NCBI GenBank assembly: GCA_963815095.1
Contig: CAWFFH010000003.1
Location: forward strand, 192,001 to 256,000
Source of the DNA: Candidatus Bathyarchaeota archaeon
GTDB lineage: Archaea; Thermoproteota; Bathyarchaeia; Bathyarchaeales; Bathycorpusculaceae
Length of the DNA stretch: 64,000 nucleotides
Direction of reading: 5' to 3'
The notes beneath the pieces are model-generated. The model was not told the origin of the DNA. It searched no databases and worked only from the letters and a program-made list of their open reading frames with translations. The translations under genes were made by a program, and so were the position numbers. Position 1 is the stretch's first letter; every line of letters starts with the position of its first letter. Of this stretch, positions 10,524 through 18,935 are shown piece by piece.

Positions 10524-11507
10524 TTGATTAACCTCAATCAACTTGACGCAAAAATAATAAGACTTCTTTTACAAGATGGGAGAACCAGTTATGATGAATT
10601 AGCGAATGAGTGTGATGTCTCCAAAAACGCCGTTTGGAAACGTTGCCGGATGATGGAAAAAAAAGACATAATCAAAGGCGCGACAATTCAGATGAATTTC
10701 TGCGATTTTGGATTTGATGCTCTTGCCACTCTGCTCATCAGCGTTAATGCACAGCAAATAGAGGAATCCATGAAGTTAATTGAAAAGGTGACTGAGGTAC
10801 GTGCCTACCGCCAATATAACAGTGTTTTTAACATTAGAGCAACAGTAACTTTGAGGAATTTGAATGAACTGGATCATGTTAAACAAGTCATCAAGCAAAA
10901 ATTACCCACTCTAAGTTTGAAAACTTACATATGGACGGGTGTTAGGAACATGCCCGAAAACCTGACTCTTACCAACAATCCGATGGATACTAATGGCAGC
11001 ATCCGAATGGATTCAGCTAAAAGGGCAGTCACATCAAAAGGAAAGGTAATAATCGATGAGATAGATGAACAAATAGTAACCGAACTTGCCCTAGATGGAC
11101 GTAATTCGTTTACTCAAATTTCAAAAAAAATCAATGTATCTACGGACACTGTCGTAAAAAGATACAAGAAACTTAGACAAACCGGGGCAGTAAAGGTCTC
11201 CATTCAAATAAACCCGAACGAAATGGGGTACGCTTCAATATTGGATTTCAACATGTCTTTTATGACTGAGAGCGGCTTATCAGATACTGTAATAGAAGCT
11301 CTTAACAAAATACCCAACTTAATCATTATCACCAAAACCAGTGGAGATTATGATTTGCAAGTAACCGCAATGATAAGAGACATCACTGAGTTGTTTGCCA
11401 TCCAAGACCAAATTGCAAAAATATGCGGCCTTACAAAAATAGAAACCAGTGCTAGAAAAATCCCTGATAAATGGCCAACTCCAAGACAATACATATCAAC
11501 ATTTTAA
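10524..11507 (+). CDS. Lrp/AsnC family regulator with duplicated HTH+RAM modules (paralog)
   Basis: LDAKIIRLLLQDGRTSYDELA and IDEIDEQIVTELALDGRNSFTQIS HTH modules; TSGDYDL; same KWPTPxQYISTF C-terminus as the upstream paralog. Confidence 0.9.
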   Translation: MINLNQLDAKIIRLLLQDGRTSYDELANECDVSKNAVWKRCRMMEKKDIIKGATIQMNFCDFGFDALATLLISVNAQQIEESMKLIEKVTEVRAYRQYNSVFNIRATVTLRNLNELDHVKQVIKQKLPTLSLKTYIWTGVRNMPENLTLTNNPMDTNGSIRMDSAKRAVTSKGKVIIDEIDEQIVTELALDGRNSFTQISKKINVSTDTVVKRYKKLRQTGAVKVSIQINPNEMGYASILDFNMSFMTESGLSDTVIEALNKIPNLIIITKTSGDYDLQVTAMIRDITELFAIQDQIAKICGLTKIETSARKIPDKWPTPRQYISTF

Positions 11508-11517
11508 TATTTGTTTG

Positions 11518-11595
11518 TGGCGGGTCCGAAGGGATTTGAACCCTTGACTTTCAGCTTAGAAGGCTGACACGCTATCCGTACTGCGTCACGGACCC
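11518..11595 (-). tRNA. tRNA-Arg(TCT)
   Basis: Reverse complement folds as a cloverleaf: GGGTCCG/CGGACCC acceptor, TCAGC-CTTCTAA-GCTGA anticodon arm, AAGGG-TTCAAAT-CCCTT T arm, encoded CCA. Confidence 0.96.
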
Positions 11596-11892
11596 ACATA
11601 GGGCACTCTAAATGATGTGCTTCCAGATATAATTTTACCTATTGCATTCAAGCAAAACCCATACGCCTAACATACCATCAAAAACTGTGGTTCAATAATC
11701 AGCTCGTTTAAACATCCTTCACACCTCAACCAAAAGAATCCCACAGCAGATAAGGAGAAAAACAATCACCACCAAAAAAAATCAACCCAAGTCAACACAA
11801 AGAGAAGTTGTTGCTGTTGCTGCTGCAACTCATTTCCCACCGATAAGTTGTAACAATCAACCTAAACCCACACAAAACAAAGAAGCTAACGA

Positions 11893-13002
11893 TTATGTTT
11901 TCCAGCCAGGACCAGCTTTTTTACCCAAAACAAACACTTGAATATGCCCAACAATGAGCAAGACCATCCAAATAGTAGAATAGAAGAAGTAATAAACGAA
12001 TAGTTCATGCAGTTTTATTTGATTAAATCCAAGTTTTCTTGAAAACCCATAGAAAACCCCGGCGGAAAAAGCGAAACCTGACAGGGAAATAATCAGAATC
12101 TTTATCGCATCTGCAGTTCCCAACGACATTAGAAAAAGCGGCAAGGCAATATTGAATTTCACTGACAAAAACAGTGAAAAAACCAAAAGCGAATTATACA
12201 TCCAAAGACTAGGAACAAAAGCGCTTAAAAACAAGACAACAACAGAAGGATAAAGGAAAAATAGGCTGGGAAGAAATATCTGGGGTTTTTTAATGAAGTG
12301 CCTAGCTAACTGTTTGTACCAATCCTTAAGCCACAACGCCTGACCAATAGACCACCGTCTACGCTGGGTAAGCCATTTCTTCCAATCCACATGAACCTCA
12401 TTCTTTACTTCAACATCAGTTGTATAGGCAAAACTACTATCCTCCAAGAAAGCTCGAGTTGCAAGATCTATATCTTCTGGAACAACTTTTCGAAAACCAT
12501 GGATTTTTTCAAACATTTCTCTCTTAATCGAGAAGGCAGCCCCATTCACAGCTGGACATTTATGCATATACCTCGACGCTAGCCAAGAGCTGATATTGAA
12601 AGTTAAGTATTCGTAATAAGCCATTTTTGAGAGGAAAGAACTATTTTTGGTAACTTTCTTTTTAATATCCAGTATATCGGTATGCTGCATTTCCATAATG
12701 ATTTTTCTAAGGTAGTCAGGGTCATTTGTGAGCCCAATATCAGAGTCAAGGAAAAGCAGAACTTTACCTGAAGACAACTTTACGGCGCTGTTTAGAGCAG
12801 TCGCTTTTCCAGTACGTTCCTTGTTAATAATGAATTGGACGTTTTCGTTTTCAAGCTGCTTTATTTCTTCCTGGAAATCGTCGGTTGGCTGGTCAACGGT
12901 GACAAAGATTTCCTTCGAAACATTTTGGGAACAAAGTTCGTTTAGCATTCCTGCTAGCTGATTGGATTCTTGGTAAACGGGAATGAAGATGCTGACGTCC
13001 AC
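11893..13002 (-). CDS. Glycosyltransferase family 2, membrane-bound (processive type)
   Basis: VSIFIPVYQE, GKATALN, LFLDSD (DxD), PEDIDL, QRRRW (QxxRW); C-terminal TM helices. Confidence 0.9.
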   Translation of the reverse strand: MDVSIFIPVYQESNQLAGMLNELCSQNVSKEIFVTVDQPTDDFQEEIKQLENENVQFIINKERTGKATALNSAVKLSSGKVLLFLDSDIGLTNDPDYLRKIIMEMQHTDILDIKKKVTKNSSFLSKMAYYEYLTFNISSWLASRYMHKCPAVNGAAFSIKREMFEKIHGFRKVVPEDIDLATRAFLEDSSFAYTTDVEVKNEVHVDWKKWLTQRRRWSIGQALWLKDWYKQLARHFIKKPQIFLPSLFFLYPSVVVLFLSAFVPSLWMYNSLLVFSLFLSVKFNIALPLFLMSLGTADAIKILIISLSGFAFSAGVFYGFSRKLGFNQIKLHELFVYYFFYSTIWMVLLIVGHIQVFVLGKKAGPGWKT

Positions 13003-13143
13003 AGCTAATCCTCAGTAAACAACCTTTCATTTTGGTTATTGTCATTGTGCTTTTTAAAGCATTCTAAAATCAGGTGACCCTCACAATTGTTTAGGCTCCT
13101 ACCAACTAACCGGCCTCCCTACGCAATTCATCTGAAAGCTGAC

Positions 13144-14226
13144 TTATTTTTTAACGTAGACAGCACTTGTTGGGAATGCAATTTCTATGTTTTCTCTATC
13201 AAAGGCGCCTTTTATCGCGAAATTAATCGCCTGCTGAGTATCCAAATATTTGCCGTAATCCGCTGAGTTGATGTAGTAGATGACGAAGAATTTTAAGCTG
13301 TAATCTCCAAATTCCGTAAAGTTTACCCGTTCCACATCAGCGGAATCCACGTTCTTAATTATGCTTGTTATTATCTCAGGGATCCCCCTGAGTTTTTCAA
13401 GCGGAGTATCGTAGGCAACCCCAATGGTGAATGTAACACGTCGTTTTTCCAATTTCCTAAAATTTCTAACACTTGTCGAGGTAAGTTCTTTGTTGGATAT
13501 TACGAGTTCTTCACCTTGAAGCAGCTTAAGTCTAGTCGATTTCACTCCGATGTTTTTGACGGTTCCGCTGTATTCTCCTACAATGATGAAGTCTCCGATT
13601 TCAAACGGTCGATCAAAGTAGATGGAGAAGGCGCTAAAAAAGTCGCTTAATGTATTTTGAAGCGCAAAAGCTATGGCGATGCCTCCAACTCCTAGGCCAA
13701 CAACTGCACCTGTTAAATCAACGTTGAATATAACGAGAATGAGAAGAAATGCGGCGACGTAAACGATTACCTGTATAACTTTCTTTAATAGAAAAAGGAG
13801 GTGGTGACTGTTTTTTCCTGTGACAAGAGCGGTTCTGGTTGCATACCAGTCTGCCACTATATTGGATATTCTTGTAACTCCAAAAGCTCCTAGAAAAATT
13901 TGCATAACCGTAAAGACACCGGTTAACGTTTCGTTATAGGGCTGAAGGAGTGACAGAGGCGCCAATGCATATTCGATACCTAATATGACGATTGAAATGA
14001 TTATGATGCTCTTTACTGCATTTAATATGTCGTCGTCTAGCGTGGTTTCTGTTTTTTGCGCCCACTTAGAAAAGTATCTTCCAAAGATTATGTATGCGAC
14101 CCCGCCGACAAGGGCAACGATTAAAAATATTGTTACAGATGCCAAGATTTCACTGGTAAACTGGTTTGTTTGAAGGAACTGATGGAATATTTCTGTGAGA
14201 CTAGCCATCTTTCTTATACACTTCAA
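13144..14226 (-). CDS. mscS: Small-conductance mechanosensitive channel
   Basis: GLGVGGIAIAFALQNTLSDFF, DRPFEIGDFI, GTVKNIGVKSTRL, IEIAFPT. Start may be the second Met (MASLTE). Confidence 0.93.
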   Translation of the reverse strand: MKCIRKMASLTEIFHQFLQTNQFTSEILASVTIFLIVALVGGVAYIIFGRYFSKWAQKTETTLDDDILNAVKSIIIISIVILGIEYALAPLSLLQPYNETLTGVFTVMQIFLGAFGVTRISNIVADWYATRTALVTGKNSHHLLFLLKKVIQVIVYVAAFLLILVIFNVDLTGAVVGLGVGGIAIAFALQNTLSDFFSAFSIYFDRPFEIGDFIIVGEYSGTVKNIGVKSTRLKLLQGEELVISNKELTSTSVRNFRKLEKRRVTFTIGVAYDTPLEKLRGIPEIITSIIKNVDSADVERVNFTEFGDYSLKFFVIYYINSADYGKYLDTQQAINFAIKGAFDRENIEIAFPTSAVYVKK

Positions 14227-14296
14227 TGTTTAATTCAATTAGCTAAAGTCAAGTTAAAATAAAAATTCAAATTAACCCTTATTTATGTTCCTCAAT

Positions 14297-14788
14297 TTAA
14301 CGTATTTTTTCATGCTCAATAGAACCTATTCTGTAGAGGACCTCGGCTTCGTGGCTATCGTTTTCAAAGTCTTCTCGGCTAAACAGAACCTTCTCTTCAC
14401 ACTTTGAATTCAGAGCCTGGGCTAGCTTGAAGATATTGTTTTTAGCTGCTTCGTTTGATGGGTTCACTGTACACTCAAAATATTTGGCGTGTTTCATTCT
14501 TATTTGCTCACGAAGCATGCGTAGTTGTAAGCCGTTTCCACGATAGTCTTTTTGAACTAGGATTTCCCAGCTGAAAAAAGTGTCTGGTCTGTTAGGTGAC
14601 ATGTAACCTGAAGAAAACCCGACGATTTTGCCATTACACAGGGCAACAAGGCAAGTGTCAGAAAAATCCCTTGCCAAAAGAAAATAAGTGTACATTGAGT
14701 TTAAGCCAACGTATGGCCTGTTTGCAACAAGCATCTTGTAAACTTCTTTGATGTCTGACAAGCCTAGCTTTCTGAATTTAAAATTCAA
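14297..14788 (-). CDS. GNAT acetyltransferase, EctA (diaminobutyrate acetyltransferase)-like
   Basis: LNSMYTYFLLARDFSDTCLVA, IVGFSSGYMSPNRPDTFFSWEILV, YRGNGL, TVNPSNEAA and HEAEVLYRIG follow the EctA motif order. No ectB/ectC in the window. Confidence 0.8.
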   Translation of the reverse strand: MNFKFRKLGLSDIKEVYKMLVANRPYVGLNSMYTYFLLARDFSDTCLVALCNGKIVGFSSGYMSPNRPDTFFSWEILVQKDYRGNGLQLRMLREQIRMKHAKYFECTVNPSNEAAKNNIFKLAQALNSKCEEKVLFSREDFENDSHEAEVLYRIGSIEHEKIR

Positions 14789-14802
14789 TCCAGATTTGGT
14801 TT

Positions 14803-16146
14803 CTATCGTTTAGGGCACCTTGTTACTTTTTTTCTTCGCTCTAGCCGCTGGTTGCCTTTTGGCACAAGCGAAATCGTTTTGTCAGCATCGGTCAACAATT
14901 TTTCTATTCCAATATAGGTTTTTTCATCTTCGTCTTGTTTAAGTTGCAAAACACATTTGCCGCAATCTTTCTTGCATTCAACTGATTTGTAATTATCAGG
15001 TTCTTTGTAGGTTGTGATTACGCCTTCATAGTTTCTAAGAATAACTTTGTTTGTTGACCAAGAAATTATGTAGTTTGGCATAACTGGAATTTTTCCGCCT
15101 CCGCCTGGAGCATCAACTACAAAAGTTGGAACTGCAAACCCGCTTGTGTGTCCTTGAAGACTCTCCATTATTTCAATGCCTTTGCCAACAGATGTCCTGA
15201 AGTGAGTTAAACCTTCGGAGAGGTCACATTGGAAAAGGTAGTAAGGTCTAACTCTGTTTTGTACAAGTTTTTGGTTTAGCTTTTTCATGATTTGTGGGCA
15301 ATCGTTTATTCCTGCGAGAAGTACCGATTGATTTCCCAATGGAATTCCTGCATCTGCTAATTTCCGAAGCGCTTCTCGAGAGGAAGGTGTGAGTTCTCTT
15401 GGATGATTAAAATGAGTATTCAACCATAATGGATGATGTTTCTTTAGGATTTCTACAAGTTCATCAGTTATTCGGTATGGCAAAACAACTGGGGTTCTTG
15501 TGCCTATTCTTACTACTTCAACATGTGGAATGCTGTTTAGTTCGGTTAAAATCCAGTCCAGATACTCGTCAGGCAACATTAAAGCGTCGCCTCCTGAAAG
15601 GAGCACATCCCGAATTTGACCGTGATTTCTAATGTAGCTGATTCCATCCAGTATTTGTTGTTTTGAAGGAATATGCTCTGGGTCGCCGACTTTTCTTTTT
15701 CGTGTACAATGCCTGCAGTACATTGCACAGCGGTTACTTATCAAAAAAAGCACTCGGTCAGGGTAACGATGAGTGATACCTTTGGTTGGGCTGTCTTTAT
15801 CCTCGTGGAGAGGGTCTTTCATGTCATGTTTACAAACTTTAAGTTCAGCAGGGTCAGGGAAGGCTTGTTTCAATATAGGGTCGTTACAGTAATTTTCTTT
15901 TTCTATTAAAGAAGCATAGTAAGGTGTTATGCAGAGTGGAAATTTCTTAATTGTTTTTTCTAACACTCTGCGTTCTTTTTTAGTAAACGATATCCCTGTG
16001 AAGCTTCCAAAAGCTTCAATTGTTTTTATCGAGTTTTCCAGTTGCCACTTATAATTTTTCCACTCACTAACATCCACTTTTTTTTCTGTGGTTTTAGCCA
16101 AGTAAGCTTGGTAACTTGTAAGGGTTTCAAAACCTTCAACAATCAT
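14803..16146 (-). CDS. ablA: Lysine 2,3-aminomutase (radical SAM/PLP), AblA/KamA type
   Basis: [17 protein letters not shown] (CxxxCxxC), [15 protein letters not shown] (PLP lysine), [19 protein letters not shown]-terminal Cys cluster CKKDCGKC. Confidence 0.92.
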   Translation of the reverse strand: MIVEGFETLTSYQAYLAKTTEKKVDVSEWKNYKWQLENSIKTIEAFGSFTGISFTKKERRVLEKTIKKFPLCITPYYASLIEKENYCNDPILKQAFPDPAELKVCKHDMKDPLHEDKDSPTKGITHRYPDRVLFLISNRCAMYCRHCTRKRKVGDPEHIPSKQQILDGISYIRNHGQIRDVLLSGGDALMLPDEYLDWILTELNSIPHVEVVRIGTRTPVVLPYRITDELVEILKKHHPLWLNTHFNHPRELTPSSREALRKLADAGIPLGNQSVLLAGINDCPQIMKKLNQKLVQNRVRPYYLFQCDLSEGLTHFRTSVGKGIEIMESLQGHTSGFAVPTFVVDAPGGGGKIPVMPNYIISWSTNKVILRNYEGVITTYKEPDNYKSVECKKDCGKCVLQLKQDEDEKTYIGIEKLLTDADKTISLVPKGNQRLERRKKVTRCPKR

Positions 16147-16476
16147 TCTTAAAATATCTCTCTCCGAGCACTTTTCTGTCTGTCTTTTTCGATAGAACCT
16201 TTATAGTTTTTATTTGTTTTTGACAACTCGAATTTGCAAAATAGCGAATTCGTCTTAACAACCAAACCTCATGCACCTTAAATAGCAAAAGAGTTCAAAC
16301 GAAAAAATTTGTGATAATTATCTAAAAAATACAAAATACACGAAAATATTGGCATAGTATTTACCATGAAATCTTAACGCTTTAACAGCTCGTTTTCTGC
16401 TGTTTTTCCTGTTCCAGCTGTTCACTTGTTGTCTATAGGAAAATTATTATGTGCCGCATAAGAGTACATCTCCGTT

Positions 16477-17496
16477 ATGACTAAGGTTAAAGCAATAAGT
16501 TTGCTTTCAGGCGGATTAGACAGCATCCTTGCCACAGAACTCATCAGGCGTCAAGGAATCGAAGTGGTAACTTTTAACGTTAAAACCCCCTTTGGCATCC
16601 CCAAAAAAGACGGGTCAAGCGAAGCTGCTCAAGCCGCAAAGCAACTAAAAGTCCCCCTAAAAATTGTCACAGTCGAACAGGACTATCTTCGGATGCTACG
16701 CAACCCAAAACACGGCTACGGCAAAAACCTAAACCCCTGCGTAGACTGCAAAATCTTCATCCTCAAAAAAGCAAAAAAGTACGCCAAAGAAATCGGTGCG
16801 GACTTCATTTTCACGGGCGAAGTGTTAGGTGAAAGACCCATGTCGCAACATGGTCCTGCATTAAAGATTATTGCAGAGGAATCAGGCTTGAAGAGCAAGC
16901 TTTTGCGTCCCCTATCTGCGAAGCTATTGGCTAAAACCGTTGCGGAAAAGAAGGGTTTAGTTGACCGAAACAAGCTGTTGGGCATTCAGGGCAGGTCACG
17001 CAAACCCCAGTTTGCCCTTGCAGCAGATTACGGGATAACGGTTTACCCGTCGCCTGCAGGCGGATGTCTCTTAACGTGTGAAGAATACTCCAAGAAGCTT
17101 CAGGACCTCTTCGAAAACAAGAAACGCTTGTCCATGGCGGACATAGCACTGCTGCGGATAGGCAGGCACTTTAGGCTTGGAAAAAACAAGATCATCGTTG
17201 GCAGAAACGAAGCTGAAAACAAGTTTTTACTTGCCAACAAAACGCGGAGCGACTTATATTTTGAACTCTCCGATGTGGTTGGACCAACAACTCTTTTACA
17301 GGGACCCAAAACAAAGCTGGCAATCGAAACAGCCGCAAAACTGACCGCTTCTTATTCAGATGCTAAATCTGAAGAAGCCACAGTGAAGTTTGGAAGAGAA
17401 AACCTCGATAAATCCGTAACTGTTACATTGCCCACGAAGGCTGATGTGGCTAAACTTAGAGTAGGCAATTTAGAGAAAAAACCAAAAAAAAAATAA
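16477..17496 (+). CDS. PP-loop tRNA thiolation enzyme (ThiI/MnmA-like) with probable C-terminal DUF814-like domain
   Basis: LLSGGLDS PP-loop, NPCVDCK, TGEVLGERPMSQ, PSPAGGCLLT, IGRHFRL..KIIVGRNEAEN. Confidence 0.8.
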   Translation: MTKVKAISLLSGGLDSILATELIRRQGIEVVTFNVKTPFGIPKKDGSSEAAQAAKQLKVPLKIVTVEQDYLRMLRNPKHGYGKNLNPCVDCKIFILKKAKKYAKEIGADFIFTGEVLGERPMSQHGPALKIIAEESGLKSKLLRPLSAKLLAKTVAEKKGLVDRNKLLGIQGRSRKPQFALAADYGITVYPSPAGGCLLTCEEYSKKLQDLFENKKRLSMADIALLRIGRHFRLGKNKIIVGRNEAENKFLLANKTRSDLYFELSDVVGPTTLLQGPKTKLAIETAAKLTASYSDAKSEEATVKFGRENLDKSVTVTLPTKADVAKLRVGNLEKKPKKK

Positions 17497-17506
17497 GACC
17501 GTAAGG

Positions 17507-18217
17507 TTAGGCTTTTTTCATGGCTACGGCCTTGAGTTCTTTTGGCATCAACTCAATAGCATACCGCAAAGCCGTCCTCGGCATAGCCACACGATTTTTA
17601 AATACATAATCGAAAACTTTTGTCTGGTGTTTTCTGCTTTCCTCTTTAAGCAACCATCCATAACCCTTCTGCACCATATCATCAGTATCTTCTAACAGAA
17701 CATCGCAGATTTCAAATGCATCCTTTAGAAACATCCCTTTTTTGGCAGGAACAATCAGTGATACAGCCGCAGCACGCTTGAGCCAGCGATTCTCGCTCTT
17801 AGCCCAACTCTTCACTTCGCCGATAATCTGTGGGTATTTCTCAATGAGGTCTCCGACGGTGTGGTTGCAAAAGCCGTCGCATTTTGCCCAATTGTTGATG
17901 TATCTTTCAATCCATACCTTGAAGGTCGCCAAGTCTCCTGGTTCCAATTTGTCGATGTAATTTGGGAGCCAAAAGGCAACTATGAAGGCTTCCTCGGTAT
18001 AATCGGAGCGGTAAAGTTCTTCACACATAGCAAAAATCGCTCCTTTATCTAAAGTTTTTACGCGCGACCAATATTTCTTTGCAATTTTGCCTACAGTCTC
18101 AGTTTTAACGCCATAAGATTTTACTTGTTCCTTGAAAAACCGTTGAAAACTTTTCTGAGTCTTCTCGTCAGTTGTAGATTTGAGGTCATCTCGAATTTGC
18201 GCTATAATACTGTTCAT
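17507..18217 (-). CDS. DNA alkylation repair protein (AlkD-like)
   Basis: INNWAKCDGF, WAKSENRWLKRAA, DDMVQKGYGWLLKE, MPRTALRYAIE. Confidence 0.88.
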   Translation of the reverse strand: MNSIIAQIRDDLKSTTDEKTQKSFQRFFKEQVKSYGVKTETVGKIAKKYWSRVKTLDKGAIFAMCEELYRSDYTEEAFIVAFWLPNYIDKLEPGDLATFKVWIERYINNWAKCDGFCNHTVGDLIEKYPQIIGEVKSWAKSENRWLKRAAAVSLIVPAKKGMFLKDAFEICDVLLEDTDDMVQKGYGWLLKEESRKHQTKVFDYVFKNRVAMPRTALRYAIELMPKELKAVAMKKA

Positions 18218-18290
18218 ATAACAAGAATTAACGCTTGGAAAATAAGAGCCTTTCCAAAAAACAAATTATTAAAAAGGGAAAAGATGGGGT

Positions 18291-18578
18291 TTAGTAGTCT
18301 TCCATTTGGTAGAGACCGAAATCAATGTTCAACGTTTTTTCCGGTCCACAACTGTCTTCAAGGTCGTAGAGGTGGCGGGTGGCTTTTTCTAAGCGGCTTT
18401 TTTTGGGAGTCATTTTTGCTTTAACCATCCTATCCTTCATTTTTCCTTTGGACTGGTGAAGTCCGTTTGGTGTAGCCAGAACCATTGTGTTATCGATGAT
18501 TTTTGGTACAACTTCAATTTTAGCATCTTCAATGGACAAATGCATTTTCAAAGCGTCTTCATGTAAGTGTTTAGTCAA
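18291..18578 (-). CDS. Hypothetical 95-aa protein, translationally coupled to the RHH gene
   Basis: TTG start overlaps the stop of the upstream RHH gene; ends LNIDFGLYQMEDY. Confidence 0.6.
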   Translation of the reverse strand: MTKHLHEDALKMHLSIEDAKIEVVPKIIDNTMVLATPNGLHQSKGKMKDRMVKAKMTPKKSRLEKATRHLYDLEDSCGPEKTLNIDFGLYQMEDY

Positions 18579-18726
18579 CGCCTTTTCGCCTCCAAACTTC
18601 AGCGCTGATTAAATCGCGAATAGCGACTCGGATGGCTTCGGCACGGTTAGGATAGAACCGTTCGTCAACCAACTGGTCCAAAGCTTTTATATACGTTTCA
18701 GGCAAATACAGAGTTATTAGTTTCAT
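18571..18726 (-). CDS. Ribbon-helix-helix (CopG/CdrS-like) regulator, 51 aa
   Basis: Missed by the track: MKLITLYLPETYIKALDQLVDERFYPNRAEAIRVAIRDLISAEVWRRKGVD*; N-terminal beta strand plus NRxEAIR motif; GGAGA upstream. Confidence 0.9.
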   Translation of the reverse strand: MKLITLYLPETYIKALDQLVDERFYPNRAEAIRVAIRDLISAEVWRRKGVD

Positions 18727-18935
18727 CAGGATTTTCTCCCGTAACTGGTGGGTAGATAACTAAAGCATGTATTCTTGGTTATACTTCTATATATCATGCT
18801 GTAAATATGCTTATAACATGTTCGTACCACTGTTTATAAAGGATAAAACACGTACAATGCAGGTATCTGTCAATTCGGGTAGAGCGAGGATTACGTTTTT
18901 ATGCCTTGTTGAAGCAACTAACTTGCGAGATAACC

